Under the pieces are notes generated by a model. That model had not been told where the DNA came from, did no database searches, and saw only the letters and a program-made list of their open reading frames with translations. 64,000 nucleotides of DNA. Source: a virus. Below, one piece after another: positions 1 to 9,900 of this stretch; the first letter of the stretch is position 1; the number at the start of each line of letters is the position of its first letter. The stretch covers positions 64,001-128,000 of the IMG/VR virus record IMGVR_UViG_3300034104_005002. One strand, written 5' to 3'. Made by a program: the position numbers and the translations under genes.

Positions 1-1658
1 TGTCCCTTTCTTCCTTTAATAAAACAAGTCAATAGATTTGGATACTCAAGATCATAATGAAGTCCAGTTGCGATCTGATCACCCACATCATTTGTTTCAC
101 AAAGTACAAATGCCTTATTATAATGTAAACCAGCATCTTTAATGATATATGGAAACATAATTGGTTTAATTTGATTGTCTCTATATTTTGCTACTAATTT
201 ATAAGACATTTTCGTTATGTCAATAACTGTAAATACAGAATAATCAAGATCAACTCCTCTTGCTACGTCAACATTAATCATATATTGATGGCCTTCTATG
301 GGATCTTCATAAATATCCAGACCTTTTTTAGATCTTATTGGGGATTTATGAGTCATTGATGACAGTTTTGATGCTGAAACCAGGGTATTTGATGATCCCA
401 GGAAAGAACATGAAAATTCTTGATCAAAGGCTCTTGCCCCTACTTCTCCACCACCCAAGTTTGCGATGGTTTTTATTTTCCATTTTTCATCTCTTCCAGG
501 AACATCATTCCAATTAATTTCAAGAGGAACATAATCGTTTAATTTTTTTATTGCCTCATCCCACATTTTATAGAAATAATTTAATCCCTGGGGAGTGCTG
601 CATATGATAACTTTAGTTTCTTTACCAGAAGAAATAGTAGGATACACGGAATTCATAAAATTGACAGCTATATTATTTGGAACGAAAGCAAATTCGTCTA
701 GAAAAATAATATTATAAGAACCACCACGAACCGATGATGCTGAGGTAGAGGCTGTGATGATCTTAGAACCATTATCTAATTCCAATGATGTTTTATTCCA
801 GGACTTAACTCCAGGTTGCATCCAGTTTGGTAAATTTTCAAATGATACTTGAAGCCTAGAGAGAATATCCTTTGCTGATGATGCTTTGTTTGCAAGAATG
901 GCTATGGATACTTTTTCATTAAAAATAGCATAATGAAGTAGGAAAGAAACGCTAGTAGTGCTTTTCCCAGAATTAATAGTTGGAATAAAATTCTTTCCAC
1001 ATAAAAAAGAGTGGTCTTTATTTTCTACTTCAATACAGGAAACACTAGTTGATTTAACTTCTTTTATTGATTTTAATTCAATAATTTCATTCCAATTATT
1101 TACTAATGTATTAAATTTTGTTCTTTGTAGAGTGATTTTTTCTTTAATACAAGAAATCTGCTCAGCAGTTAATACAATTGGTTTTTCATTTATATAAACT
1201 CGCCAGAAATGATCCTTGTCACAAACAATATCTTCCTCAAAATGTTGACCTTTAAAGGATAATTTATAGCACTTTTCTGTGTTTTTATAACTTACTTTGT
1301 TTATTACTTTTGTTTTATTTCCACTTAGATCATAAACAACATCCCCTATTTTTAGGTCCTTAATTTTGGTATAACCATTTGGTGTTGGAATTGGGGTATT
1401 ATTTTCTAATGGTTGTCTAGGTAGTTTACAAATGGTAAAACGGTTCTCATGAAAAGTTCTGAGCATCTTTTCTTGAAAAGGCCACATATCAAATGGTACA
1501 AGACCATCATCAACGTTAACAATTTTTATATAATTTTTGGCAAAATAAACTGGATCAACCGCACATTTTGCTAATTCAAATAATTGTTCTTGAGAAAACT
1601 CATTGGCAACATTCGCTCTTTTTAAGAGCGGATTGCCCATATAATGTTTATCAGACAT
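1..1658 (-). CDS. gp17: Terminase large subunit (T4 gp17-like), intein-containing, 3' end outside window
   Basis: Manual translation: MSDKHYMGNPLLKRAN...KLPRQ[intein]SGKST (Walker A), IIFLDEFAFV (Walker B), IICSTPQG, DQEFSCSFLGS, VDVARG nuclease motif; follows gp16. Confidence 0.96.
   Translation of the reverse strand, partial: MSDKHYMGNPLLKRANVANEFSQEQLFELAKCAVDPVYFAKNYIKIVNVDDGLVPFDMWPFQEKMLRTFHENRFTICKLPRQPLENNTPIPTPNGYTKIKDLKIGDVVYDLSGNKTKVINKVSYKNTEKCYKLSFKGQHFEEDIVCDKDHFWRVYINEKPIVLTAEQISCIKEKITLQRTKFNTLVNNWNEIIELKSIKEVKSTSVSCIEVENKDHSFLCGKNFIPTINSGKSTTSVSFLLHYAIFNEKVSIAILANKASSAKDILSRLQVSFENLPNWMQPGVKSWNKTSLELDNGSKIITASTSASSVRGGSYNIIFLDEFAFVPNNIAVNFMNSVYPTISSGKETKVIICSTPQGLNYFYKMWDEAIKKLNDYVPLEINWNDVPGRDEKWKIKTIANLGGGEVGARAFDQEFSCSFLGSSNTLVSASKLSSMTHKSPIRSKKGLDIYEDPIEGHQYMINVDVARGVDLDYSVFTVIDITKMSYKLVAKYRDNQIKPIMFPYIIKDAGLHYNKAFVLCETNDVGDQIATGLHYDLEYPNLLTCFIKGRKG
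972..1412 (-). mobile_element. 147-aa class-3 mini-intein in terminase Walker A
   Basis: In-frame insert between PRQ and SGKS: PLENNTPIPTPNG...IVCDKDHFW...VSCIEVENKDHSFLCG...IPTIN|S; no endonuclease domain. Confidence 0.9.
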
Positions 1659-1667
1659 AATAATTAA

Positions 1668-2924
1668 TTAATTTTTACAATTCCAGCGGCGTCTTGCTTT
1701 ACAAATTGGTTTATCTTGAGTTTTAGAGCAACTAATATTATGCATTTCTTGCTGACCTTTGGATCTTGTGCAATAATTAGTCCTTCTCTGCATTCTTTTA
1801 CCAGTTGGATTTTTTTCTGTAACAGCAGTTTGTAATTTAGAACCTGGATTTTCTCTACGGTAAGTATTTACGGCTTTCTGACTCATTCCATCAACTCTGT
1901 CTTTTTTATTAACTTTCTGCCAGTCTTCCTTAACCTGAACAATCGGAGTACTAGAATCCATCTCACAAGGAACATAAGAAATTACTCTAGCTTCTGGATA
2001 AATCTGATTTACCGCATAAGCAATCTCATTTCTTTTTGGAGTTCCAAGTTGTGGGAAGAACATTTGAACCGATAGATGCTTTCCTCGCCAATTGACCAAA
2101 ACTCTAAGAAGCTGACCAGTTTGCATTGGAAGGCGAGTTGTCGCTTCACTCACCGGAACACAATTAGGAACTTTTTTACCCCTTTTCTTTTTAAATCCGA
2201 CCATTTCATAACCTTTCCAACAAGGATCCTCATCTTTGGTCATGTATTTCTTAGCCTCTTCCATCTCAACACTTTTTTCCATCTTATTGAGATGGGTATA
2301 ATAATCAGGAATTTCTTCTAAGTGATGAAGAGCAATAATTTCGGCCTCCCCCTTATCAGTGGTGTGCTCCATTTCAATTTTGATTCCTTTTTTTAATTGC
2401 TTTTCAAGGTATTCAACAGATACTTTATGTTTTTTTGCAATTTTATCTAAGGATTTTGTTTTCTTGATATCTATTCCAGGCTTATCGCCTAGCATTTCAG
2501 AAAGGATTTTATCTACAAGAGATGTTTCTTCTTTGACAATCGGTGGAAGTTGAGTTCCCAATTTTCCTTTGGCCACTTTAGCTTCATTAGGATTTGGAGA
2601 TCGTGTTAGTCCTTCTATTTTTTTTGTCCTGTTTGCGCTAGATTTTACTTTTTCATGCTTTTCTTTATTAATAGTGAATGAAGTATTCTCTTCCATTTTT
2701 ACATCAGAAGCCAAATAATCAGCAATAATATCCAAATAATCACTCGATTTTGTGAGTTTCATCTGCACCCAGGCTGGAAGTTGCATATCCGGTTTTTTAA
2801 TAATCTTCCGAAGTTTTTCTAAAGATTGCTCTATTTTATCCATCTCCACTTTAACCATATACCCTTCATCATCTAATTTTTTTCCTGACTGAATTTCTTT
2901 ATGGTCTTCTGAAAGATTTTTCAT
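1668..2924 (-). CDS. Conserved cyanophage-type hypothetical protein (mosaic, Lys/Glu-rich)
   Basis: 418-aa ORF; modules KGIKIEMEHT..HLEEIPDYY, CWKGYEMVG..VPNCVP and C-terminal YRRENPGSKLQTAV..RRRWNC, as typically seen between gp16 and gp17. Confidence 0.75.
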   Translation of the reverse strand: MKNLSEDHKEIQSGKKLDDEGYMVKVEMDKIEQSLEKLRKIIKKPDMQLPAWVQMKLTKSSDYLDIIADYLASDVKMEENTSFTINKEKHEKVKSSANRTKKIEGLTRSPNPNEAKVAKGKLGTQLPPIVKEETSLVDKILSEMLGDKPGIDIKKTKSLDKIAKKHKVSVEYLEKQLKKGIKIEMEHTTDKGEAEIIALHHLEEIPDYYTHLNKMEKSVEMEEAKKYMTKDEDPCWKGYEMVGFKKKRGKKVPNCVPVSEATTRLPMQTGQLLRVLVNWRGKHLSVQMFFPQLGTPKRNEIAYAVNQIYPEARVISYVPCEMDSSTPIVQVKEDWQKVNKKDRVDGMSQKAVNTYRRENPGSKLQTAVTEKNPTGKRMQRRTNYCTRSKGQQEMHNISCSKTQDKPICKARRRWNCKN

Positions 2925-3376
2925 TGTTGATCCTTGTTCTTCTTATTATTTATGGTTTTATTAGGCTTAATTTTCAATTCATTTTTTAATAAATTCAATA
3001 CTTCACTTGTTGTTCCAACAAAAAGTGCATTATTGGTTACATTTCCAGAAGTTTTCTCCTCTTCAAGATCACGAAGTTTCTTCTGGTTTTCCATAAGTTT
3101 TTCTGTAGCATCCGCAACAGTTTTGATTAATTGTCCAACCACTTCAAAAGATCTTGCCGAATCAGTTTCTTGTGCTAATTCTAAAACACTATTAATCGCT
3201 TCTTGTCCCTTTTCGACTAGGGACATTAATGTGGCCCTAGAATACTCATAGTCTGCTGTAATATCAGAAGAACCCTTGACTATTGACTTGGGTTCTACCT
3301 TTTCAATTTCTGTTGAAACAACCTCGCTTTCAATTTCAAAAGTGTCATTAAGAGCCTGGAATTTTTTAGTTGCCAT
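2921..3376 (-). CDS. gp16: Terminase small subunit
   Basis: DYEYSRATL..GQEAI..RSFEVVGQLIK..VTNNALFVGTT motifs; synteny gp15-gp16-gp17. Confidence 0.9.
   Translation of the reverse strand: MATKKFQALNDTFEIESEVVSTEIEKVEPKSIVKGSSDITADYEYSRATLMSLVEKGQEAINSVLELAQETDSARSFEVVGQLIKTVADATEKLMENQKKLRDLEEEKTSGNVTNNALFVGTTSEVLNLLKNELKIKPNKTINNKKNKDQQ
2947..2953 (-). promoter_or_regulatory. T4-type late promoter (ATAAATA)
   Basis: TAAATA box about 23 nt upstream of the 2924 start. Confidence 0.55.
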
Positions 3377-3378
3377 AA

Positions 3379-4380
3379 TTAATTAAAAACAGAGAGAAAT
3401 CCAAAATTAGAATTCGGGGGAATGAGTATGTTATCTACTGTAGTTATATTTAACAAATCGGAGCCAAGAACATGTAATTGGGGTTTTGTATCAAAAATTC
3501 CTCTTTGAACTCTAATTGTTGTCCCTGTAATTTCTTCGATATAAAGAGTCTCATTATTAATTTGAATAAGAGTATCTTTTGTAAGATTTACAGATTCCTC
3601 TACATCAATAAACTGATCACCAGACAAAACATCTTTAGAAACTTTAGTAACCACCGTTCCTGTATAATTTTGAGTTGCTCTTGGTGTTACTGCAATTCTG
3701 ATATCATTAGAAATAGTAGAAGAATCACTTCCAGCAGCAAATCCAATAGAAACTCTATTAATAATACTGGATTCAATCGAGTCCGAAGAGACTGGAAGAA
3801 ACATATAGGTCTTTGCGGTGAACTTCAAAGTCCAGATAAGAGCCCTTCTATCCTCAAAGTTTCCTTCATAATTATCAGTAATTGAGATATTATCAAGATT
3901 AAACTTAATATCTTTTTTCTCTTGAATTTCTTCTATTGCAACGATTGTAATTGTATAATGTGGTTGAAAATAAGGAAGAATTTGTTCCACAATTTGAAAC
4001 ATATCATCCTCTAACTTAGTAAAAATACTTAATTCAAAATTTACATTATAGGGAACCGGGAGATATGATTTTCTTGGCTTATCTTGTTCATCTTTTGCGG
4101 TAAATCCCCTCATGGTATTTCCTTTTCGTTGGGAATCATAAGAAAGCCCAACAATCTCCATTGACATTCTTGGGGTTGTAATTTGAATTGGCTTACTTAA
4201 ATCGGGCGATTGCTCAAGCCTTGCCAGAAATTTTTGGGTGGGACCATAAGCAAAGGGAACCCTTTGAGTTGATACAACATTTCCTTCATCATTTTTGTGC
4301 TTTATATAGATATTATTAAATAGAGTGCCAAAAGCAATTACAGTTTTTCTTATGGCCTCGTAATAAAAGTGCTCAAACAT
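3379..4380 (-). CDS. gp15: Tail sheath stabilizer/completion protein
   Basis: MFEHFYYEAIRKTVIAFGTLFNNI, VPFAYGP..KFLARL, QIVEQILPYFQP motifs. Confidence 0.93.
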   Translation of the reverse strand: MFEHFYYEAIRKTVIAFGTLFNNIYIKHKNDEGNVVSTQRVPFAYGPTQKFLARLEQSPDLSKPIQITTPRMSMEIVGLSYDSQRKGNTMRGFTAKDEQDKPRKSYLPVPYNVNFELSIFTKLEDDMFQIVEQILPYFQPHYTITIVAIEEIQEKKDIKFNLDNISITDNYEGNFEDRRALIWTLKFTAKTYMFLPVSSDSIESSIINRVSIGFAAGSDSSTISNDIRIAVTPRATQNYTGTVVTKVSKDVLSGDQFIDVEESVNLTKDTLIQINNETLYIEEITGTTIRVQRGIFDTKPQLHVLGSDLLNITTVDNILIPPNSNFGFLSVFN

Positions 4381-5786
4381 TATGGTGTACCAAAGGGGTT
4401 TCTTTCACTAAAATCTAGAATTTCATTTGCCGCAATTTGAATATCGTCATTTTGTTTATATTTATCAACAATTAATCCTTGCTCTTCTCTCTCATCTACT
4501 GTCAACAATTCTGGAGACTGGCGGATCTGATAAGATGCGCCAGATTCTTGACCAACAATTAATTCTCCTGGTAAAAATTCTCCAGATGAATTTCCAAGCT
4601 GGAGCTGTAAAGTAGTTGCGTTCCAGTCTCTGACCCTTGCTGTCATACTGGAGGCACTTCCAACTACTTCTTCATTGAAAATGTAGGTTCCAAAACCAGA
4701 ACTAAATGGAGACCCTATTACAACTTGTGGAATTGTGGTATAGCCAAGACCAGCATGGCTTACAAGTATTTGTGAAACAACTCCATTATTCAATACTGAA
4801 GTTGCAGAAGCAGTACTTGTTGCGGCTCCGACAAAAGTAACTAGTGGGGAGGAAGAGTATCCAGATCCACCATTGATGATTGTTACAATTCCAACAATAC
4901 CATCGCCAATTGTTGCAAATCCTTCGGCTCCGGCACCACCCCCACCAATAAAAGTTACTCTAGGCGCAACAGTGTAACCAAACCCGGCATTTGTAATTTG
5001 AACTCCCTGAACTCTCTGTAAAGTTTCGTCAGGTTCACAAAGATCAACAATACCAGAAATCATGGTTGCAATACCAGTTGCTGTTTGACCTCCCGGTGGA
5101 GGATCCCCGAATACAACCAGAGGAGCGGAAGAATACCCATCCCCTCTATTTGTAATTGTTACAAACCGAACTCCACCATTTACAATAGTTGCCGATGCAG
5201 ATGCTTGGGATCCAATTCCAATCATTGTATAAACCTCAATGAATCCAGAATCCTTTATATTATCGTCAATATTGATAAATCCAGTATCAATAATTTCATC
5301 TTGATACCTAAAGAGTTCACACCTTAGATTGTAAACATAATTTTTCTGTAACTGATAAAATGGGGTCTCATGTTCAACAAATTTAATTTCAAACAATCTA
5401 TCTCCTAATGGAAACCAAATCAAATCGCCCTCTTTTGGTCTTTCTGGGAGTGGTATTTTTGGATTGGTCTTTGAAAGTGGAGTAATATAGGTTTCGTATC
5501 TTTCTTTTGAAATAATCAAATTTAGGTCCGTATTAGGCTGAATTCCAAACTTACTGAGAAGAACCCCGGCTCCTTCATAACCTTCATAGGTGTCAATATA
5601 GGCCTCGATTGGATATGCAGAAGAAAATTTAGATTCTATAACCTCTCTAATTACAGTTCTTTTTGTGACATATTCTCTAGGAAGATAATAAATATCTATC
5701 CCGTGAATTTGGATCGTTTCTTTTATTAGGTCGTTTATGAGACCCTGCTCGGTTTTTGAGCCCTGAAGAAAGAATGGATTTAACAT
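4380..5786 (-). CDS. gp14: Neck protein
   Basis: MLNPFFLQGS..EQ.L..DL, LLSKFG, RPKEGDLIWFP, FYQLQKNYVY.LRCELF, C-terminal DFSERNPFG. Confidence 0.93.
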   Translation of the reverse strand: MLNPFFLQGSKTEQGLINDLIKETIQIHGIDIYYLPREYVTKRTVIREVIESKFSSAYPIEAYIDTYEGYEGAGVLLSKFGIQPNTDLNLIISKERYETYITPLSKTNPKIPLPERPKEGDLIWFPLGDRLFEIKFVEHETPFYQLQKNYVYNLRCELFRYQDEIIDTGFINIDDNIKDSGFIEVYTMIGIGSQASASATIVNGGVRFVTITNRGDGYSSAPLVVFGDPPPGGQTATGIATMISGIVDLCEPDETLQRVQGVQITNAGFGYTVAPRVTFIGGGGAGAEGFATIGDGIVGIVTIINGGSGYSSSPLVTFVGAATSTASATSVLNNGVVSQILVSHAGLGYTTIPQVVIGSPFSSGFGTYIFNEEVVGSASSMTARVRDWNATTLQLQLGNSSGEFLPGELIVGQESGASYQIRQSPELLTVDEREEQGLIVDKYKQNDDIQIAANEILDFSERNPFGTP

Positions 5787-5856
5787 TTTTTACTGAATTC
5801 TTAATTTAGGTAAACTACTGAGAGACTAAAGAATAAAGAGATTTATAAAACATAAA

Positions 5857-6675
5857 TTATCCAACTAAATCGAAACATGGCATCTCATACGAGGAACTCA
5901 TGCGTTCAATAATTATATCAATTTCTCTTTGGGCATCATCATAAATTTCCCGACCATTTAATTCAACCCCACCAGGAAGTTTTACACCTCTAAACTTAAT
6001 AAGATTCTGTCCCCATTGCCTTTTTATGAGGGCCGTTAAGTATGGTTTAAGAAAACTATCATTCCATACTTTTGTTGAATCAGTTGGATCCAGGACTCTA
6101 TAACAATCAATAAGTAAAATATTTCCAGGAGAAACCGTTGCCCAGTCAACATCGATATAAAGTTTAGAGTCTCTTTTATTAAATCTAACCATAGCATCTG
6201 GACTTAAAATCCAGTCCATGTCTTCAAGATATCTCTTGGTCATAAAATAGGTTAAAATATCAGTAGATCCCCAGTAATAAATGTCATTAAGAAACAGTTG
6301 ATATTTAAAATTAAACATTCCATAACCAAGACTCTGACTTCCAAATAATTTAAAGACCTTATTAATACCTATAATATGATCTGGAATTTCAATATAATTG
6401 GAATTTTCTTTATATGTATAGGTTTTTGCAATACCAACTTGGGTGTATGTACCTTCTCCGGTTCTTCCTCTGGCGCGGTCAATATCTTCTTGGGTTATCT
6501 CATATTTTAGAATAGTCTGAGAAACTCCATCAAAGTGTCTTTCTTGGAAGAATTGAACTGCATCATCAACCAGATCATCAATTTGCTCTTCAGCAACATT
6601 TATTTCCAAAACCGGTGCTCCCAGTTTTCTTTTGCAATAATCTACAAGTTCTTGTCTAGAAGATGGTTTTGCCAT
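5857..6675 (-). CDS. gp13: Neck protein
   Basis: MAKPSSRQEL.DYC.RKLGAPVLEINV, KRQWGQNLIKF.GVKLPGG motifs. Confidence 0.95.
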   Translation of the reverse strand: MAKPSSRQELVDYCKRKLGAPVLEINVAEEQIDDLVDDAVQFFQERHFDGVSQTILKYEITQEDIDRARGRTGEGTYTQVGIAKTYTYKENSNYIEIPDHIIGINKVFKLFGSQSLGYGMFNFKYQLFLNDIYYWGSTDILTYFMTKRYLEDMDWILSPDAMVRFNKRDSKLYIDVDWATVSPGNILLIDCYRVLDPTDSTKVWNDSFLKPYLTALIKRQWGQNLIKFRGVKLPGGVELNGREIYDDAQREIDIIIERMSSSYEMPCFDLVG

Positions 6676-6680
6676 TTTTT

Positions 6681-6902
6681 TTAACTATTTAATAGTTTTA
6701 AAATTAGTTCTTTGATTTCTTTAACATCACTTCTAATATCATCAACCTGACTTTGCAATTCTTCTATTCTGGCCTTTGAACTCATCTGCCTGATGTAGGC
6801 ATTAACATAATTTTTATATTCTTCGGTATTGTTATTAATAATACCATTAGAATCTACATCTCTTAGAAGATGTTCATTATCCTTTACCTTGATATAAGAC
6901 AT
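6681..6902 (-). CDS. Small coiled-coil hypothetical protein
   Basis: 73-aa ORF, LLRD..SNGIIN then heptad helix; in operon. Confidence 0.8.
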   Translation of the reverse strand: MSYIKVKDNEHLLRDVDSNGIINNNTEEYKNYVNAYIRQMSSKARIEELQSQVDDIRSDVKEIKELILKLLNS

Positions 6903-6904
6903 AA

Positions 6905-9900
6905 TTAAATCCTCGGTTTAATGGTTGCGATTGCCCTGAGTTGGCGAATCAGAGGGGGTGTCGCCTGGTTACTACTTGCCATGACAATTTTGATGGCAAA
7001 TGCATTGAAATCAGGAAGATCATCCACTGAATATTCATAATCCTTAAATGTTCTATCTGAAGTTTCTTTGACAAACGAATCTGAAGATCCATCATTCTTA
7101 GAAACATCAATAACTCTCTTAATTCCAAACCCATCGACTACATAATTTTTATAACCAGGAAATAGTTCAAAGGAAGGATTAACATTGGATTCATCATCTC
7201 GGAAAATTTGATAAAGAACCCGAACATCATTTAAATCATTGCGACTTGCACTTAAGATCACCTTGATCGCATTGGCGGGGATTTTCAGACGAGTTGGTTT
7301 TGAAATGTAGATAGCCTCATGAGAATCATTATCTCCTCTCACTAAAGTATCGGTTGAATACGTTGCTAATTCGCCAATTCCATTTGAATTATTAATCAAG
7401 TTTGATGTTAGAGCAACAGAGGTATTAATTGTATCAACAACCGGAGAAACCCTAGTATCATCGGTTGTAAATAGCATTTCAAAAGACAATGATCTATTTC
7501 CAGGAGAGTTAGTAATAAATCTTTCTTCATTTACAGAAGAGCAAATTAATTTTGGCTCCGTGAAATAGGTTTGCGTATCAAGGGGAATAATTTCAAATCC
7601 TCTGTCTATAAATGGCTTTTCATTTCCACCAACACTAGAACCAGTGAAGGTCCTAATTTTGGTTGAAATATTTGTTTTTGCCGGAATAATACTTGCAATA
7701 TTTGGAGTAATTGATTCGTACTGGATGTTATTAGAAATAACAATTCCGCTTTGTCCACCTTGTACATGCTGCCTGAAATAGAGATTGTTTTCTCTGTTAG
7801 TTCCAATTGATTTTCCATCAAAATCGGTATCACTCATGTCAATCTTAATGAAGTAACTATTCAAATCAATCGGGAATTTTCCAGTATTGGCTGAATCTAC
7901 TTCCGCAAAATTGTGAATTTTATTAATTCTTCTCAGTGATACTCCATTAAATTCATACTTATAAACAAAAGTATTATTCGCATATGCAATTGCCTGAGTT
8001 CCATCAACTGCTCTTGTAACACCAGTTAATGTATTCCCGGAAATTGCAGTGTATCTGATGACCTCATTACCGATAATTGCATAACCAGGATTTATTGGAC
8101 TTACTGTCACCCCTTCAAAAATATTGAATCCAGCTGATGATTGAAGTGGAATTGTATTTTGGGTTGATGTAATTTCAGATGATGTTGTAGAATTAGTATC
8201 AGAATTAAGTGGTCTAAAATCATTAATTTCTACATAATTTTCAAATGAATGCATACCATGATTTTGTTGATAGACCTTCATATGAAGACCATCAAAGAAT
8301 TGATCCTCGGTAATGGAAGTTACTGTAATACCTGCTCCAATTGCACTTGATATTCCAGAAGAATTTATAAAGTTGACCGTTGATACCCCAACATTAAAGG
8401 TTCCTTGTACTTCATCGAGAACAAATGTGTTAGGCGATGCAATATTGGTAACGGTAATTCGACCATTAATTCCTAGGCCTTGTCCAAGAGGTGGAATCAG
8501 AAGAGAATCGCCCACCTTATAACCAATCCCACCATTAGTAATATTAATAGAACCAATAACACTATTAGCTACACCAACAGTTGCAACTGCACCTAGACCA
8601 AATCCAGTCTCTGTAACCAGATTAACATTAGTAAAGGTCCCATTAGTATAACCAAAACCAACATTGCTTATGGTTGTTCCGGCTCCTGCGCCAGTTGTGA
8701 TTCTACCAGAAATTCCAATTAGAGTAGCCGAAGCACTACCCTGAGTAATAGTGACACCTTCTTGAACCACAGAAGAATAACCAGTTGAACCTAGACCAAC
8801 AATAATTCTCTTTGTTAGGAATTCAAATTGATTAGGGCCGGTGACGGTTTTCTTACCATTTCCAATATCAAGTTTTGGATTAAAGAATTTTAAAATACCC
8901 TCATTTTTAAACTGTGCCCTATAAATTTTGTATTTTAGATCCTCCAATTGAGATGGTGTCCACACAGTTCCATTCTGGGACTTAAACATACTTCCCAGTG
9001 TAGGTTGTTTGGTTATTCTAATTCTACTTTGAATATCATTTTGACCAAGCTCAGTAACAAATACCCTATAATTTGGGCTGTTTGAAATCAAAACAATTGC
9101 ATATTCTGCTGAAGATTCGCTTGCAATTGGCGCCTGTCTTACTGTTTGTTGTTGAGGACCTTGTAAATAAACAGGAGATGGGAATGTAAATTTGGTTGGA
9201 ACTGAGCCATTAATAGAAAGATTAATCTGATCCGGAGTAAGAGTAACCTCAGAGAAAGGTACTACAATATTACTAGGAACCCCAGCAAGAAGTGGTCTAA
9301 TTTGAAGAGTTACTGGAACATTATCCGAATCACTAGTTTCAAAATAGACATCAACAGAAGTTAGGAATACACCTGTATCTTCAAACACATAGAATGATTG
9401 GGCCAGAGGATCATAAGGTTGTTGAATTTGAACAGAACTAGGGACAACATTTTGAGAAACTGTCGTTGTATTGGTTGTTACATTAGTAATAGTTGTTGTA
9501 TTAATATTTCTTGGTGGAATAATTTTAATGTTTCTTGTAGTGAGAATATTTGTCTCTGCAATATTAGTTATAGCACTAGAAGTAAATTCAGCCTCGGCAC
9601 TACTTTCATTGATTCTTGAATTAGGAATAAATTCGACTAATTTTATTTGATCAAGTGAAGGAGTATCAATTAATATAAAATTATTTTCACCATTAATCCA
9701 ACGGGGATTTCCTCTTACATTTGGATCAGGAACATTAAACGAACCAATTAGGGTTCCGCTATTGTCAGAAAGAAGTCTAATTCGTCGAATGGTAGCAACT
9801 GCACCGGAGGTTCTTCCAATAATTCTCATTCTTGGAGCAACCTGCCCAAAAAATCGAGTCTCTGATGCAAGTTCCATAGATCTAGTATCTACATTAAGAA

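Noticed and set aside
958-1197. 79-aa plus-strand ORF
   Set aside because: Antisense shadow of the terminase intein.
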